Under the pieces are notes generated by a model. That model worked only from the letters and a program-made list of their open reading frames with translations, ran no database searches and was not told where the DNA came from. The position numbers were made by a program, and so were the translations under genes. A stretch of 59,644 nucleotides of DNA, taken from Verrucomicrobiales bacterium. Lineage in GTDB: Bacteria > Verrucomicrobiota > Verrucomicrobiia > Verrucomicrobiales > V1-33. This document shows, in pieces, positions 30,151-41,201 of this stretch; the first letter of the stretch is position 1; the number at the start of each line of letters is the position of its first letter. The stretch lies in NCBI GenBank assembly GCA_031411295.1, contig JANOAV010000024.1, positions 1-59,644 of the forward strand, in the 5' to 3' direction.

Positions 30151-33100
30151 ATGAAAATTCCCCACGTTAAATCTTGGTGCGCGGCTGCGTTGGCTGCTGC
30201 ATCTATCTGCTCCGGCCAAGCAGCGGTCTTGGTTAATCTTGACGCTACTTCGCTGCCTGCTGGAAATTTAGCCACTTGGCCTAATATGGGCAGTGCGACG
30301 GGGGACTTTGCTTCGTCTGGCACTGCGCAACCGGTAGTGGGGCCTGTGGGTTTTGTAAATGCGGTTACGTTCAATGGTGGGGCGAATTTCATGGTGGGAC
30401 CTGCGGCTCCGGCTTCGGTCACTGGCACCACGAAGGCACGCTCGGTGGAGGCATGGGTGTTCAATCCCACCATTTCCGATGAAGAAACCATCTTCGCTTG
30501 GAGCCGCCGGGGCGGCCCCGATGGGACGAACATGTCATTTGGCTATGGCTCTAACGCTGTCTTCGGAGCGGTGGGCCAGTGGGGCGCGTTCGATGTTGGC
30601 TATGGCTCGGGATTGCCAGCGCCTGCGCAATGGCACCACATTGTTTACACCTACGATGGTCTGATGGGGCGGATTTATGTTGATGGGGTGCTTACGAACT
30701 CGAAGATTGTGGGGCAAACGAACGTTTACTCGCTTGATGGGCAGACGACTCCGCAGCCACTGAAGTTCATCGTGGCGGGTCAGGGGAATTCCGTCAGTCC
30801 CTATGCGCCAGTGTCCACTGGGACATTTGTGGCGACACTTAGCTTGGCGAAAATTCGGGTCCATGACACGGTGCTATCGAACGGTCAGATTGCCTCCACC
30901 TACAGCTCGGAGTCCCCTGCGTTCACGACTCCGGCCATCAATTCATTCACTGCAAATACGACGACGATCCTTCCGGGCCAGACAGTCACGTTGTCCTGGC
31001 AGACCGCCAATGGAAATATTGTTTCCCTGAATAATGGCGTAGGGGCATTGACCGGTGCCAGTGGTTCCATTTCGATAACTCCTCCCACTGGCGGTGCTAC
31101 TTATACACTGACAGTGTCGAAGGGCGCTCAATCCACGACGGCAAATATCGTGATCACAAATCCCGTGGTGTCCTCCGCACTGCCAGCGCTGTTGCACCGT
31201 TGGAGTTTCAATGAGCCTAACACAGGTGGCGCTGCCGATACAAATTGTATCGACTCCGTTGGCGCATCCCACGGAACTTCGACCGGTCCGCAGAATGGTA
31301 TCATTCGGGGGCCGTATAATGCCACGGTGGGCACGGCCACAGCGTGGACTCGTTCCACGAATATAGGCACGGCGGCTGGTGCGGCGGGGGTTCGTCTGGG
31401 TGGGGGGGCATCCACGACCTCTGCTTACATTGATTTGCCAAATGCAGTGATGAGTGGTCTCACGCAGGTGACGTTTGAAGGTTGGATGACGATGAATGGA
31501 GCCACCGCATGGTCCCGTTACTTCGACTTCGGGAACAACGGCACTGGAGGAGTGCTTGCAGCCGAGCAGACTGGCCCGGGCGGTGCGCTCAGTGGGATTG
31601 AGTATATGCTCGTTTCTGCTCAAGTGAATACGACCACGACTTCTCGTCGCATATCCATGAAGGATGCCAACGTGGAAAACGCGTTCGATGTCACGGGGGA
31701 TACCGTAACCTACGGAACGCAATTTCACCTTGCGGCGGTGTATAATCCGCTGGGAAATGCCGGGGTTTCCCCATCCTTCGCTTATTATAAAGACGGTGTG
31801 CTGAAGGGGACGTTGAATACCGCCTTCCGTCCGCAGGATATTGATTTCCGGAACAACTGGCTGGGACGGTCCAACTGGAATGGCGACCAGAACACCAATG
31901 GCACTTATAACGAATTCCGTATCTGGTCCATTCCGCTAACGCCGGCCCAGATTGCAGCCAGTATTGCAGCTGGTCCTGATGGCACGCCTCCGGCTCCAGA
32001 TGTCACCATTCCCCAGTTCGTGGCTTCCGCTGCTGTGATTTACAAGGGATCCAGCGTGAACCTCAGCTGGCAGGTGGGTGATCCGTCACTGCGCAATCCT
32101 ACGCTTTCCATTAACAACGGAGCCACGGTTCCGGCTGCGCCAAATTTGATTCAATTCACCACGGTTAGTCCCATTACGACCACGACCTATACGCTGACTG
32201 CCAGCTACACCGTTGGCGGGACTCCCACGACGCAAACCGCCAATGTAACTGTGACCGTGCTGAATGGCGAACCAGCAGCGTTGGCCACCGGAGCCACGAC
32301 GCCTTTCAATACTGCTGTCACGGTCCCGCTGCTGGCGCAGGACCCAAACAATGCGCTAGGGAGCATGACTTACACCGTGATTACCATTCCGCTGCACGGC
32401 ACGCTTTCCGGCACGGGCAACAGTCGGCTTTACACTCCCACAACTGGTTATGTGGGAATGGACACGTTCACCTACAAGGTAAACGATGGTTTCTCTGACT
32501 CCAATGTCGCGACCGCTACGATCACGGTCTTGCCAGCGGTAACGCCGCTCACAGACATCACGGTGGATGACAATGAGATCCGCACGAACTCCGGAGTGGG
32601 AAGTTATGCCGGGCGGCTAATGCCCACGGGCGGCAGTCCGGTCGGTTCTGTGGTCTGGTCCTTGGTGGCTGGCACGGGTGATACAAATAACGGTTATTTC
32701 TCCATCGTGAATAACCAGTTAGTCTCGACGCATGATTTCTCCGCCGATCTTGGCGCTACCATTTCCATTCGTCTGCGTGGTGTTGATGGTTTGGGGAATG
32801 TGATTGAAAAAGTAGTCACCAGCAAAGTGAAGGCGCCTGATCTTCATGTGAAGGTAAATGAAGTGAACTACAACGGCACCCGCAATACGCAGCGCGTGGA
32901 GTTCATCGAACTCTACAATCCGCTGCCAACTGCCGTGAGCTTGGCAGGCTGGCAATTCACGAAGGGCGTGAACTACACGTTCCCAGCGGGGGCGTCCATT
33001 GCTGCGGGTGGTTATGTGGTAATTGCGGAAGATCCCACGGAACTGAACTCGTTATATAACATTCCGGTGGCATCTCCTGTCTTCGGTCCATGGTCTGGCG

Positions 33101-36100
33101 GGCTGAGCAGCGATGGTGATGACATCATCTTGCGTGATCCCGCTGGAAATAAGATTGATGAAATGCAGTTCAACATAACCGCTCCATGGCCTGCCACGCC
33201 AAACGGAACGGGTAAAACTCTGGAACTCATTAATCCCGATGCGGACAACGATCTGGGCGGTCACTGGCGTGCTAGCACAGTGAATCCAGTAAACGTGACT
33301 TTGGTGGCACCGAACGATCCCAGTTGGAAATATTTCAAGGGCACCGTGGCTACCGATACCGGTTGGCAATCCGCCAGTTACGTGGATGCCGGAGCCAGTT
33401 GGTTGACTGGCCAGGCGCCCATCGGCTTGTTTAAAATTAATAGCAACACCGCAGTTAGTTATCATCCGGAATCCGGCGTGGTGCTGAACACGCAACTCAC
33501 GGACATGGCCACCTACGCGGCGGCTCCAACGGTGGCCGTGCCGAACAGTTTCCCGGTCGTGACTGGAAATTATCGCACCGTTTACTTCCGGAAGAATTTC
33601 ACCGTGGCTGATGTGAACGCGTTGCCGAAAGCGCTGCTGCTGCGCGTCATGCATGACGATGCCGCTGTGGTGTGGCTCAACGGTGTAGAAGTGGCTCGCT
33701 TTGGTTTCCCAGATGGTTCGGCCGCCAATCCTGCCGTGGACACCCAGTCCGTCTATGAATTGGCCAACTATCCGTGGAGTGAATTGGTCATCGCCAACCC
33801 CGCTTCCGTGTTAGTAAATGGCAACAACACTCTGGCGATTCAGGGGATTGCCAAGAATCCGAATCCGCGAATGACGGGGTCTGTCGTCGGCGGAGCCACC
33901 CAGGCCACGCAGGAAGATCTGGCAAATTATAACATCTTCGATTTCTGTGTCGATGCCTCTCTCACCAACGTTCCAGAAGCCCAGGGCACGCCAGGGGCGC
34001 AGAACTCCACCTACGCCACGAATGTGCCGCCAGCTGTGCGCAGCATCGATCACCTGCCGGTGGCTCCGCGTTCGTTCGAGCCAATCGTGGTGAGCGCCAA
34101 AGTGTCCGATTCCGATGGCCTCAGCGGGGTGCAATTGGCCTACCAAATCTGCACGGCAGGAAATTACATTCCAGGGAAAGTTTCACTAACAGCCTCCGCC
34201 GTGACCGCTAATCGCATCGATTGGGCGCTGTATAACATTGATGCAGCCATGCCGGACAATCCGGCTTTCGAAGATCCCGCCAACTGGACGGTTGTTCCCA
34301 TGAAAGACGATGGCTCGGTGGGCGGAGACATTGCTGGTGACGGCACATTTACCGCCGTGATTCCTGCCCAGGCGCATCGGACCCTGGTGCGGTATCGCAT
34401 CATCGCGACCGACCTTAAGGGCGCTTCCGTCCGCGTGCCGGATGTGAAGGACCCACGGAAGAACTTCGCAGCATACGTTTACGATGCTGTGCCAGCTTAC
34501 TACGGCGTAAATGGCGAGTCCATTTCCACCACCACTCTGAACGCGCTGCCCATCTATCAAATGGTGATGCGTGGAGTGGATTGGGATCGTTTGATCGCTT
34601 ACAACACAGCGGATCAGTTCGCCAACAGTATCGAACTCACGGCCCTGCGCGCGCGGAAATTCTTCGATGAATCCGGCACCATGATTTACGATGGAAAGGT
34701 CTATGATCACGCCGAAGTGCGTCTGCGCGGGGGGAACAGCCGCTACGGAGCCTTCGCTCCAGCTCCTGCATCCAACACTGGTAAACGCCACCTGCGCATC
34801 CGCTTCACTGATGGCGTGCCATTTGAAGCCAAGGACGAGAAGGGCCGGGCCTACCCTCGCCCATGGCGGGAAATGTTATTTAACAAGATGTATGGCAACA
34901 AGGGTAACTACGACTACGGCCTGCCTTATGAGGTGGGAGCCCGCCTCTGGCGCCTAACTGGCATCCCAATGCCGGAAAGTCACTGGGTGCATTTCCGCGT
35001 GGTGCGCAATGCCAACGAAACTCAGGATCCGGTCAGTGGTGACTTCTACGGAATGTATCAAGCGCTGGAATTCCCTGATGGAAAGGATTTCCTCAAGGCC
35101 CGTGGATTGGAGACGGGTAACTTCTACAAGATGTCCGACTGGACGCAGAGTGGCGAGTTGGATCAGCGCTACCAAGCCCGCGGCTGGTATGATGCTGCGC
35201 AAGTGTTCCACCGCGCAGTGGATTTTGCCGAGGACTTTGATAACATTAAATACAACGTTCACCAGACCGCCAGCAATGCGTTCATCAATCGCTACGTGGA
35301 CGTGAATCTGTTCTACGGCTACAAAGTCATCCAGGAAGCCATCCGCCACTACGATATCTTCATCGAGCCCACCGGTCGCCACCGTATGAAGAATCTGATC
35401 TGGTATTTCAAACCAACGCCTAACGACCTAACGAATCGGTTCGGTCAACTTGTGCACATGCCTTACGATTGGGACGCCAGTTTCGGCCCCAGCTTCAACA
35501 ATGGCACGGACTTGCTACACAACGCACTTTTCGATGGCACCACGGGTTACACCGGGGTGGACATCACGGATTCTCCATCGTGGTTGCTGCCGAAAAACAG
35601 CACCACCAACGATACCGATCGCACCGCAATTCGCATTGAGTATCGCAATCGCATTCGCGAAATGCGGGATCTTCTGCTCTATCGCGATGGCACTGGCACC
35701 GGACCATTTGATGACATAGTAAATGATGCGTTGGCGGATGTTAGCACCTTCTGGCCCGCCGACAAAGCCCGCTGGCCCGTCACTGGTGCTCAGTTGGAAA
35801 ATGCGGGTGGCGCCACTTTCAAAGCTACAGACATGAAGAACTTTATGTTCACGGGCTGGAGTGATTCACTGACTAGCGGTCCCGCCGTAGGCGCAGGTGG
35901 TCGTGTGGCTTATCTGGACACGTTGTCTGACACGTCCCAGTCCCCAGTAAATGCAGGTGGGCTAGCAGAGTCCACGCTCATCCCTAGCAAGCCTACCATA
36001 ACCTACACTGGAGCAGGCGGCTTCCCGTTGGACGGCTTGGCATTTAGCACCAGTGCGTTTTTCGATCCACAAGGAAATACTACGCAAGGCGCTCTGGAAT

Positions 36101-37266
36101 GGCGCTTGGCGGAAGTAGCCGCGCCTACCGCCACCACGGACCGGGCATATGAATACACCGCGCTCTGGAGCAACAGCAGCCCGACCTGGAATGGCACCGC
36201 AGTGAGCCAGCAGTTCCCGATCACTAACATGCTCGCAGGCCACACCTATCGTGCTCGCGTGCGGCACAAGGATAACACGGGCCGCGCCAGCCACTGGAGT
36301 GATCCTGTGACATTTACCGCTGGGCCTGCCAATGCTCTGGGCATTCTGGCATCAAATCTCATCGTCTCAGAGATCATGTATAAACCCGCACCGCCCAGCA
36401 CAGCGGATATCGCAGCGGGATGGGGGGAAAGTGACTTCGAATACATCGAACTGCAAAACATCTCGTCAACGCTGACGCTGAGCCTCACTGATGTGAAGAT
36501 CGCCTTGGCTGTGACGTATGATTTCGCCACTGCGGCCATCACCAGCCTGGCTCCCGGCCAGCGTGTGCTGGTGGTGAAGAACATCGCAGCCTTCAATTCG
36601 CGCTATGGCAGCGGCAAGCCTGTGGCTGGCACTTGGAAATCAAGCCAGAGTTTGAATAACAGCGGTGAGCCATTCCAGGTGACCTTCGGCGCGAGTGGAA
36701 TTGTTCGTGATTTCACCTACGATGACCTTGCTCCATGGCCGATTGGAGCGGATACGGGCGGCATTTCCTTGGTTTACGCGGGGCCGGCACCAACAGCTCC
36801 ACCCACACTAGCCCTGCCCGATCCCGAAAATACCGGCACCAACTGGCGCGCCAGCTACGTTACCGGCGGCAGCCCTGGCGGAAAAGACACGCTGTCCCTG
36901 GCGGAATGGCTTTCCACCCACGCCCAGACAGACCCATTGGCTGATCCGGACAAAGATGGCTACAACAATTGCCTGACCTTTGCCTTCGGCCATGACCTGC
37001 ATCCCTTCGGCATCACAGCCACCACGCACGTGGACGGCGGTGGCTTGCCTTATCTGGCCATGGACTACACCCGCCGCATCGGAGCTGAAGGGGTGACTTA
37101 CGCGCCGGAAGTCTCCACGGATCTGGGCACGTGGACTGGCGGCCTGGCGGACATTGTAACCATTAATAACAACGGGGACGGCACCGAAACCGTCCGCGTC
37201 CGAGTCTCCCAGAGCATCCAGAACGGCACCCGGGCCTTCCTGAAAGTCAGTGTGACTCACCAATAA
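30151..37266 (+). CDS. Giant secreted protein: LamG x2, Ig-like, lamin-tail domains, CotH kinase-like domain
   Basis: Signal peptide; WHHIVYTYD (LamG); NEVNY..EFIELYN and SEIMY..EYIEL (lamin tail); RLRGG, HYD, PYDWD (CotH-like). Confidence 0.85.
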   Translation: MKIPHVKSWCAAALAAASICSGQAAVLVNLDATSLPAGNLATWPNMGSATGDFASSGTAQPVVGPVGFVNAVTFNGGANFMVGPAAPASVTGTTKARSVEAWVFNPTISDEETIFAWSRRGGPDGTNMSFGYGSNAVFGAVGQWGAFDVGYGSGLPAPAQWHHIVYTYDGLMGRIYVDGVLTNSKIVGQTNVYSLDGQTTPQPLKFIVAGQGNSVSPYAPVSTGTFVATLSLAKIRVHDTVLSNGQIASTYSSESPAFTTPAINSFTANTTTILPGQTVTLSWQTANGNIVSLNNGVGALTGASGSISITPPTGGATYTLTVSKGAQSTTANIVITNPVVSSALPALLHRWSFNEPNTGGAADTNCIDSVGASHGTSTGPQNGIIRGPYNATVGTATAWTRSTNIGTAAGAAGVRLGGGASTTSAYIDLPNAVMSGLTQVTFEGWMTMNGATAWSRYFDFGNNGTGGVLAAEQTGPGGALSGIEYMLVSAQVNTTTTSRRISMKDANVENAFDVTGDTVTYGTQFHLAAVYNPLGNAGVSPSFAYYKDGVLKGTLNTAFRPQDIDFRNNWLGRSNWNGDQNTNGTYNEFRIWSIPLTPAQIAASIAAGPDGTPPAPDVTIPQFVASAAVIYKGSSVNLSWQVGDPSLRNPTLSINNGATVPAAPNLIQFTTVSPITTTTYTLTASYTVGGTPTTQTANVTVTVLNGEPAALATGATTPFNTAVTVPLLAQDPNNALGSMTYTVITIPLHGTLSGTGNSRLYTPTTGYVGMDTFTYKVNDGFSDSNVATATITVLPAVTPLTDITVDDNEIRTNSGVGSYAGRLMPTGGSPVGSVVWSLVAGTGDTNNGYFSIVNNQLVSTHDFSADLGATISIRLRGVDGLGNVIEKVVTSKVKAPDLHVKVNEVNYNGTRNTQRVEFIELYNPLPTAVSLAGWQFTKGVNYTFPAGASIAAGGYVVIAEDPTELNSLYNIPVASPVFGPWSGGLSSDGDDIILRDPAGNKIDEMQFNITAPWPATPNGTGKTLELINPDADNDLGGHWRASTVNPVNVTLVAPNDPSWKYFKGTVATDTGWQSASYVDAGASWLTGQAPIGLFKINSNTAVSYHPESGVVLNTQLTDMATYAAAPTVAVPNSFPVVTGNYRTVYFRKNFTVADVNALPKALLLRVMHDDAAVVWLNGVEVARFGFPDGSAANPAVDTQSVYELANYPWSELVIANPASVLVNGNNTLAIQGIAKNPNPRMTGSVVGGATQATQEDLANYNIFDFCVDASLTNVPEAQGTPGAQNSTYATNVPPAVRSIDHLPVAPRSFEPIVVSAKVSDSDGLSGVQLAYQICTAGNYIPGKVSLTASAVTANRIDWALYNIDAAMPDNPAFEDPANWTVVPMKDDGSVGGDIAGDGTFTAVIPAQAHRTLVRYRIIATDLKGASVRVPDVKDPRKNFAAYVYDAVPAYYGVNGESISTTTLNALPIYQMVMRGVDWDRLIAYNTADQFANSIELTALRARKFFDESGTMIYDGKVYDHAEVRLRGGNSRYGAFAPAPASNTGKRHLRIRFTDGVPFEAKDEKGRAYPRPWREMLFNKMYGNKGNYDYGLPYEVGARLWRLTGIPMPESHWVHFRVVRNANETQDPVSGDFYGMYQALEFPDGKDFLKARGLETGNFYKMSDWTQSGELDQRYQARGWYDAAQVFHRAVDFAEDFDNIKYNVHQTASNAFINRYVDVNLFYGYKVIQEAIRHYDIFIEPTGRHRMKNLIWYFKPTPNDLTNRFGQLVHMPYDWDASFGPSFNNGTDLLHNALFDGTTGYTGVDITDSPSWLLPKNSTTNDTDRTAIRIEYRNRIREMRDLLLYRDGTGTGPFDDIVNDALADVSTFWPADKARWPVTGAQLENAGGATFKATDMKNFMFTGWSDSLTSGPAVGAGGRVAYLDTLSDTSQSPVNAGGLAESTLIPSKPTITYTGAGGFPLDGLAFSTSAFFDPQGNTTQGALEWRLAEVAAPTATTDRAYEYTALWSNSSPTWNGTAVSQQFPITNMLAGHTYRARVRHKDNTGRASHWSDPVTFTAGPANALGILASNLIVSEIMYKPAPPSTADIAAGWGESDFEYIELQNISSTLTLSLTDVKIALAVTYDFATAAITSLAPGQRVLVVKNIAAFNSRYGSGKPVAGTWKSSQSLNNSGEPFQVTFGASGIVRDFTYDDLAPWPIGADTGGISLVYAGPAPTAPPTLALPDPENTGTNWRASYVTGGSPGGKDTLSLAEWLSTHAQTDPLADPDKDGYNNCLTFAFGHDLHPFGITATTHVDGGGLPYLAMDYTRRIGAEGVTYAPEVSTDLGTWTGGLADIVTINNNGDGTETVRVRVSQSIQNGTRAFLKVSVTHQ

Positions 37267-37407
37267 AACCACCTTAGGGCGCGCATGCCTAACAAGGACC
37301 GGAGAGCGTGGCAGTTGTCCCTTTGGTCCTTGTTTTTTGCGCCCTGCCCCCCATTGATACACCATAATGGGGCTTGGCGCTGTAGCCGCTGCGTGGTATC
37401 GTCCGCC

Positions 37408-40395
37408 ATGTTCAAGAATAATCCCCCCATTTTCCTGATCCTTCTGACATGGCTCGGTTGGACTTCGTTGCTGCCTGCCCAAGTCACTGTGACTGGGGTG
37501 GCGGATCTGGCTTACTACAGTGACACTGTCACGTTCACCATTACCAACGAGGCGGGTTACACCTACACGGCCACGGTGGATGGTGTGGCGATCAATCCGG
37601 CCGCCAGTTATACGGAGAATCGATTCGGCTATCACGAACTTTTTGTCAGTCGCACCAATGGAGGTGCTCCGCAGACGAAGTTAGTGAAATTTATCGTCAA
37701 GGATGTAGCACGCGGAGGTTCATCCAATACCTACCCAGAAGCCGGCTTGGGACGCTGGACGCCCCGGCGGAGTGTGGACGCACCGGATGCGGTGCTGGAC
37801 ACCGCACAGGTGCAAATTGTCTCGCCTGCGCAGGTGCCGGTAAATTTCGCGCTGCCCGTGGTGGTGAAATTAACCGACGGTGCCGGGAAGGGCCTGCGCG
37901 TCATGGGCACGGTCGGCGTTTCCGGCGGGGCGGTGGGGCAATTTCGGATTTTCCGTGGGGGTGGTTCCGGTGTGCTCACTTCAGGTGCTGCGGCAGGTAG
38001 TCAGGCGCTCAGTGTGAAGCTTGGATCACGATCCATTTCCAAACCGCTGACCACCGTCGCGATTCCTGCCTGGCAGACGTTGACGGGAGCAGCCGGAGGA
38101 CAAAATTTCCCCGCAGGATCGTTCATTGATATGACGGGAAATGTGACTGTAGCCGCAGGGGCGACCTTGACCATCGGTGCGGGTAGCGTGGTGCGTTGCG
38201 CGCAGGGAGTGGAAATGGAAGTGCAGGGGACGCTGTTGCTAAATGGAAGCGAGACCCAACCGATCGTGTTCGGTCCGGCCACCGGAGCCGTCTGGGGCGG
38301 CCTCTGGGCGCACGGCGTGGGATCACGGCTGGAGGGTCGTTTCGCCATCCTAACTGGCGGCGGGAACAATCCATCCTGGATTACTCAGAAGGGCATGCAC
38401 TCCCACCGATCCAATCAACCTCTGGTCACGTGGTCGGACTCTGCAACAGGTTTGCTGGAGGATTGCGCCATCACCGGAAATCCCAAAGGCCAGACGCTGC
38501 ATGGCGAGGCGTCGTTAGTGGTGGGGAATCCCTTCACGATTCGTCGCACCCTGCTGCAACGCTCCATTTCCGGTGGTCAGATGCACAATGTGGACTTGGT
38601 ATGGGATCAGAATTATCTGCTAGAGATGCCGGCCGATGAGACCGCCTATACCGCAGCCGATGCCTCGGATGATTACGATGGACTCTACTGCGATGGTGGC
38701 CAAACGACCGTCACCAGCAGTGTCTTTGGCTGGACGAAGGACGACGGAATGGACGCTGGCTCCGGCAATACCAGCAACGTTTCCGTGAGCGACTGTTGGT
38801 TCGAAGCATGCTATCACGAAGGCATGGCATGGTCCGAAGGCGGCACCCGCACCGTGCGGGACACCGTAACGATGAATAACGGTCAGGGACTGGAATGCGG
38901 CTTCACCGGCCAGGGCGCGGGCACGCCGTCCGTCGATGCCCAGCGCATTTACATCACCGGAAACCTCAACGGCATTCGCTATGGAGACAATTACAACTGG
39001 GCGTATTCAGGGAAATTCGACGTGCATGATTCGCTGAGTCTGTTCAATGGGGATGACGTGTTCGGTCGCCATTGGGGGAACTTGGTGGGGAGCACGACCG
39101 TTGATTGGGCCTACATCGCCAACGTCCGCACGGCCAATGCCTACATGCATTTGGAGGCGCTGCCTGTGTTGAGTCTTGGTGCCACTATAGTCTCTACAGC
39201 GCAGGCGGAGCATGCCACGCTGCCCGTCTGGGATGGCGTGACGCCAGCCCAGTGCGCAAAATTGACGCCTTTTCTAACATTGCCCGCCATGGCTAGCGGA
39301 GTGGGATTCGGACAAGAGGATCGGCAGTTCAGCCGGGCCGCTTATGTGGCTGGGGGAAAGGTTACGCTGCGCTTGGATCGGCCCACCAACGTGACTCGCA
39401 GCGCGCCATGGAAAATCACCGGCAAGACCAGCATCACGGCCACCGCTGAAGCAACCCTGGCCACCGGTTCGCAGAATTTCATGGCCGGTCAGGAAAATGC
39501 CAGCCTCACCCTGCCGACCCTAACCGGAGCAACGGGATACAATTTCCTCTGCCTCACGCTCCTGCCAGGGCCCAGCGTTGAGGTCACGGGAAACTCCACG
39601 ATGACTTGGGGCGATCCCGCGCTTCCAACCCCGCCTGCCACCCCAACTCCTATCACGCTGATCCCACGAGCCGCCACCGCCTGGAAATATTTGGCCCAAG
39701 CCACCGCCGCTGCCACGAACTGGACCTCCCCAGCATTCGTGGACACCGCCTGGCCATCAGGCCCGGCTCCGCTCCAGACCCAGGAAGCAGCCTTGGGCGG
39801 CACGGCCGTCCCGGGGAATTCCGCCAACCTGAACGGCACCACCCCGCGGCCTTACAACACCGTTTATTTCCGCAAAACCTTCAACGTAACAGATCGCACC
39901 GCGTTCAGTTCCCTAACCATCAACTGCATGGTGGATGATGGCGTGGTGCTGCATCTCAATGGAAATTTGCTAACCAGCTTCAACATGCCCACCGGCACCA
40001 TCGGGTATAACACCGCCGCCAGTGGCACCCCCGCCAACGAGGATACTTTCAATCCACTGACAAATCTGCCGATCACCAATCTGGTAAACGGAGTCAACGT
40101 GCTGGCCGTGGAAGTCCACCAGTCTCCGATAACTGGCACGCCGCTCCTAACCACCAGTTCAGACATGCGACTGGACCTAGATTTACTGGGCGTCTTACCA
40201 GCCCCCACCACGGCTCCAGCCAGCACCACCACCGTCATGGGTGGCCATTTACAACTCCTCTGGCAGGATCCTGCCCTGATCCTCCAATGCAGTCCCAGCC
40301 TGAGCAACGACTGGGTGAACCTCCCCGCAGCGCGCTCGCCCTTTGCCATTTCACCTAACGAATCCCGCATGTTCTTCCGATTACTGAAGCCTTGA
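37408..40395 (+). CDS. Secreted protein with right-handed beta-helix region and beta-sandwich module
   Basis: Signal MFKNN..LLPAQ; DDYDG/DDGMDAG repeats; YFRKTF..DDG..LNG..LAVEVHQ module. Confidence 0.8.
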   Translation: MFKNNPPIFLILLTWLGWTSLLPAQVTVTGVADLAYYSDTVTFTITNEAGYTYTATVDGVAINPAASYTENRFGYHELFVSRTNGGAPQTKLVKFIVKDVARGGSSNTYPEAGLGRWTPRRSVDAPDAVLDTAQVQIVSPAQVPVNFALPVVVKLTDGAGKGLRVMGTVGVSGGAVGQFRIFRGGGSGVLTSGAAAGSQALSVKLGSRSISKPLTTVAIPAWQTLTGAAGGQNFPAGSFIDMTGNVTVAAGATLTIGAGSVVRCAQGVEMEVQGTLLLNGSETQPIVFGPATGAVWGGLWAHGVGSRLEGRFAILTGGGNNPSWITQKGMHSHRSNQPLVTWSDSATGLLEDCAITGNPKGQTLHGEASLVVGNPFTIRRTLLQRSISGGQMHNVDLVWDQNYLLEMPADETAYTAADASDDYDGLYCDGGQTTVTSSVFGWTKDDGMDAGSGNTSNVSVSDCWFEACYHEGMAWSEGGTRTVRDTVTMNNGQGLECGFTGQGAGTPSVDAQRIYITGNLNGIRYGDNYNWAYSGKFDVHDSLSLFNGDDVFGRHWGNLVGSTTVDWAYIANVRTANAYMHLEALPVLSLGATIVSTAQAEHATLPVWDGVTPAQCAKLTPFLTLPAMASGVGFGQEDRQFSRAAYVAGGKVTLRLDRPTNVTRSAPWKITGKTSITATAEATLATGSQNFMAGQENASLTLPTLTGATGYNFLCLTLLPGPSVEVTGNSTMTWGDPALPTPPATPTPITLIPRAATAWKYLAQATAAATNWTSPAFVDTAWPSGPAPLQTQEAALGGTAVPGNSANLNGTTPRPYNTVYFRKTFNVTDRTAFSSLTINCMVDDGVVLHLNGNLLTSFNMPTGTIGYNTAASGTPANEDTFNPLTNLPITNLVNGVNVLAVEVHQSPITGTPLLTTSSDMRLDLDLLGVLPAPTTAPASTTTVMGGHLQLLWQDPALILQCSPSLSNDWVNLPAARSPFAISPNESRMFFRLLKP

Positions 40396-40448
40396 TGCGG
40401 TGATCAGCGACAGCAGGTGGCAACCACGGCCTGATTGATTAGGTCTCG

Positions 40449-41201
40449 CTACGGAAGCAGCGGCAGGCCCCAGGACTTGATCCTGGCGTTGTATTCCTGA
40501 CGGGGCAGCAGCACGTAAACTGGCTGGGCTTCAGGTTCGAGCCAACTGAAAAAATTCACCAGATTGGATTTCGCCATCGTGGTGCAACCGGACGTGGGCA
40601 CATCCTGGCCACGACGGATGTGGAAGAAAATTGCGCTCCCAGCCCCGGCTAGTGGTGGGTCGGCATTGTGGCGAATTTCCAGTAGCCATTCATAGGCAAA
40701 GTCGCCCAGACGCATGCGTTGCTTGTCATACCAGGGCGGGAGCTCATCCAGCTTGACCGTGACATGACGATTGTAGGCTGGATGATTCACATCATCGATC
40801 CAGCAGTCCCGAGCGGTCACTTGATAATACGGCATCCGCACGCCGTCCGGGGCTGCGGGGGCGTAGCCGAAGATCATGCCGATTTTGAAGCAACCCGCCG
40901 GAGCCCGGCCATCCCGTTCTTGTTTGGAAGGAATGCCATTTTCTCCGTGCGGCACGGGCAGCAGACCACGCCCCCAAGCCATTCCGTTTTTACCCAACAA
41001 GACCGGGACAGGTTTAGCATTAAGGACTTGCCAGGGCCCTTTCGGACTGGAGCGGGAAAACTGATACAGGCTGGCCCGATGGGTATTCCACCCGTCCGCC
41101 ACTGTCACTGCCAACTGTCTGGCCGTATCCGGCACGCGGGGCGCATTCTGGGCAGAGGCCGGGAGACATGCGAGCAGCAGCAACCCTAGCAAGCGGCTCA
41201 T
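40449..41201 (-). CDS. L,D-transpeptidase (YkuD) family protein
   Basis: K.E.DGRAPAG, GSAIFFH and TSGC catalytic motif. Confidence 0.88.
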   Translation of the reverse strand: MSRLLGLLLLACLPASAQNAPRVPDTARQLAVTVADGWNTHRASLYQFSRSSPKGPWQVLNAKPVPVLLGKNGMAWGRGLLPVPHGENGIPSKQERDGRAPAGCFKIGMIFGYAPAAPDGVRMPYYQVTARDCWIDDVNHPAYNRHVTVKLDELPPWYDKQRMRLGDFAYEWLLEIRHNADPPLAGAGSAIFFHIRRGQDVPTSGCTTMAKSNLVNFFSWLEPEAQPVYVLLPRQEYNARIKSWGLPLLP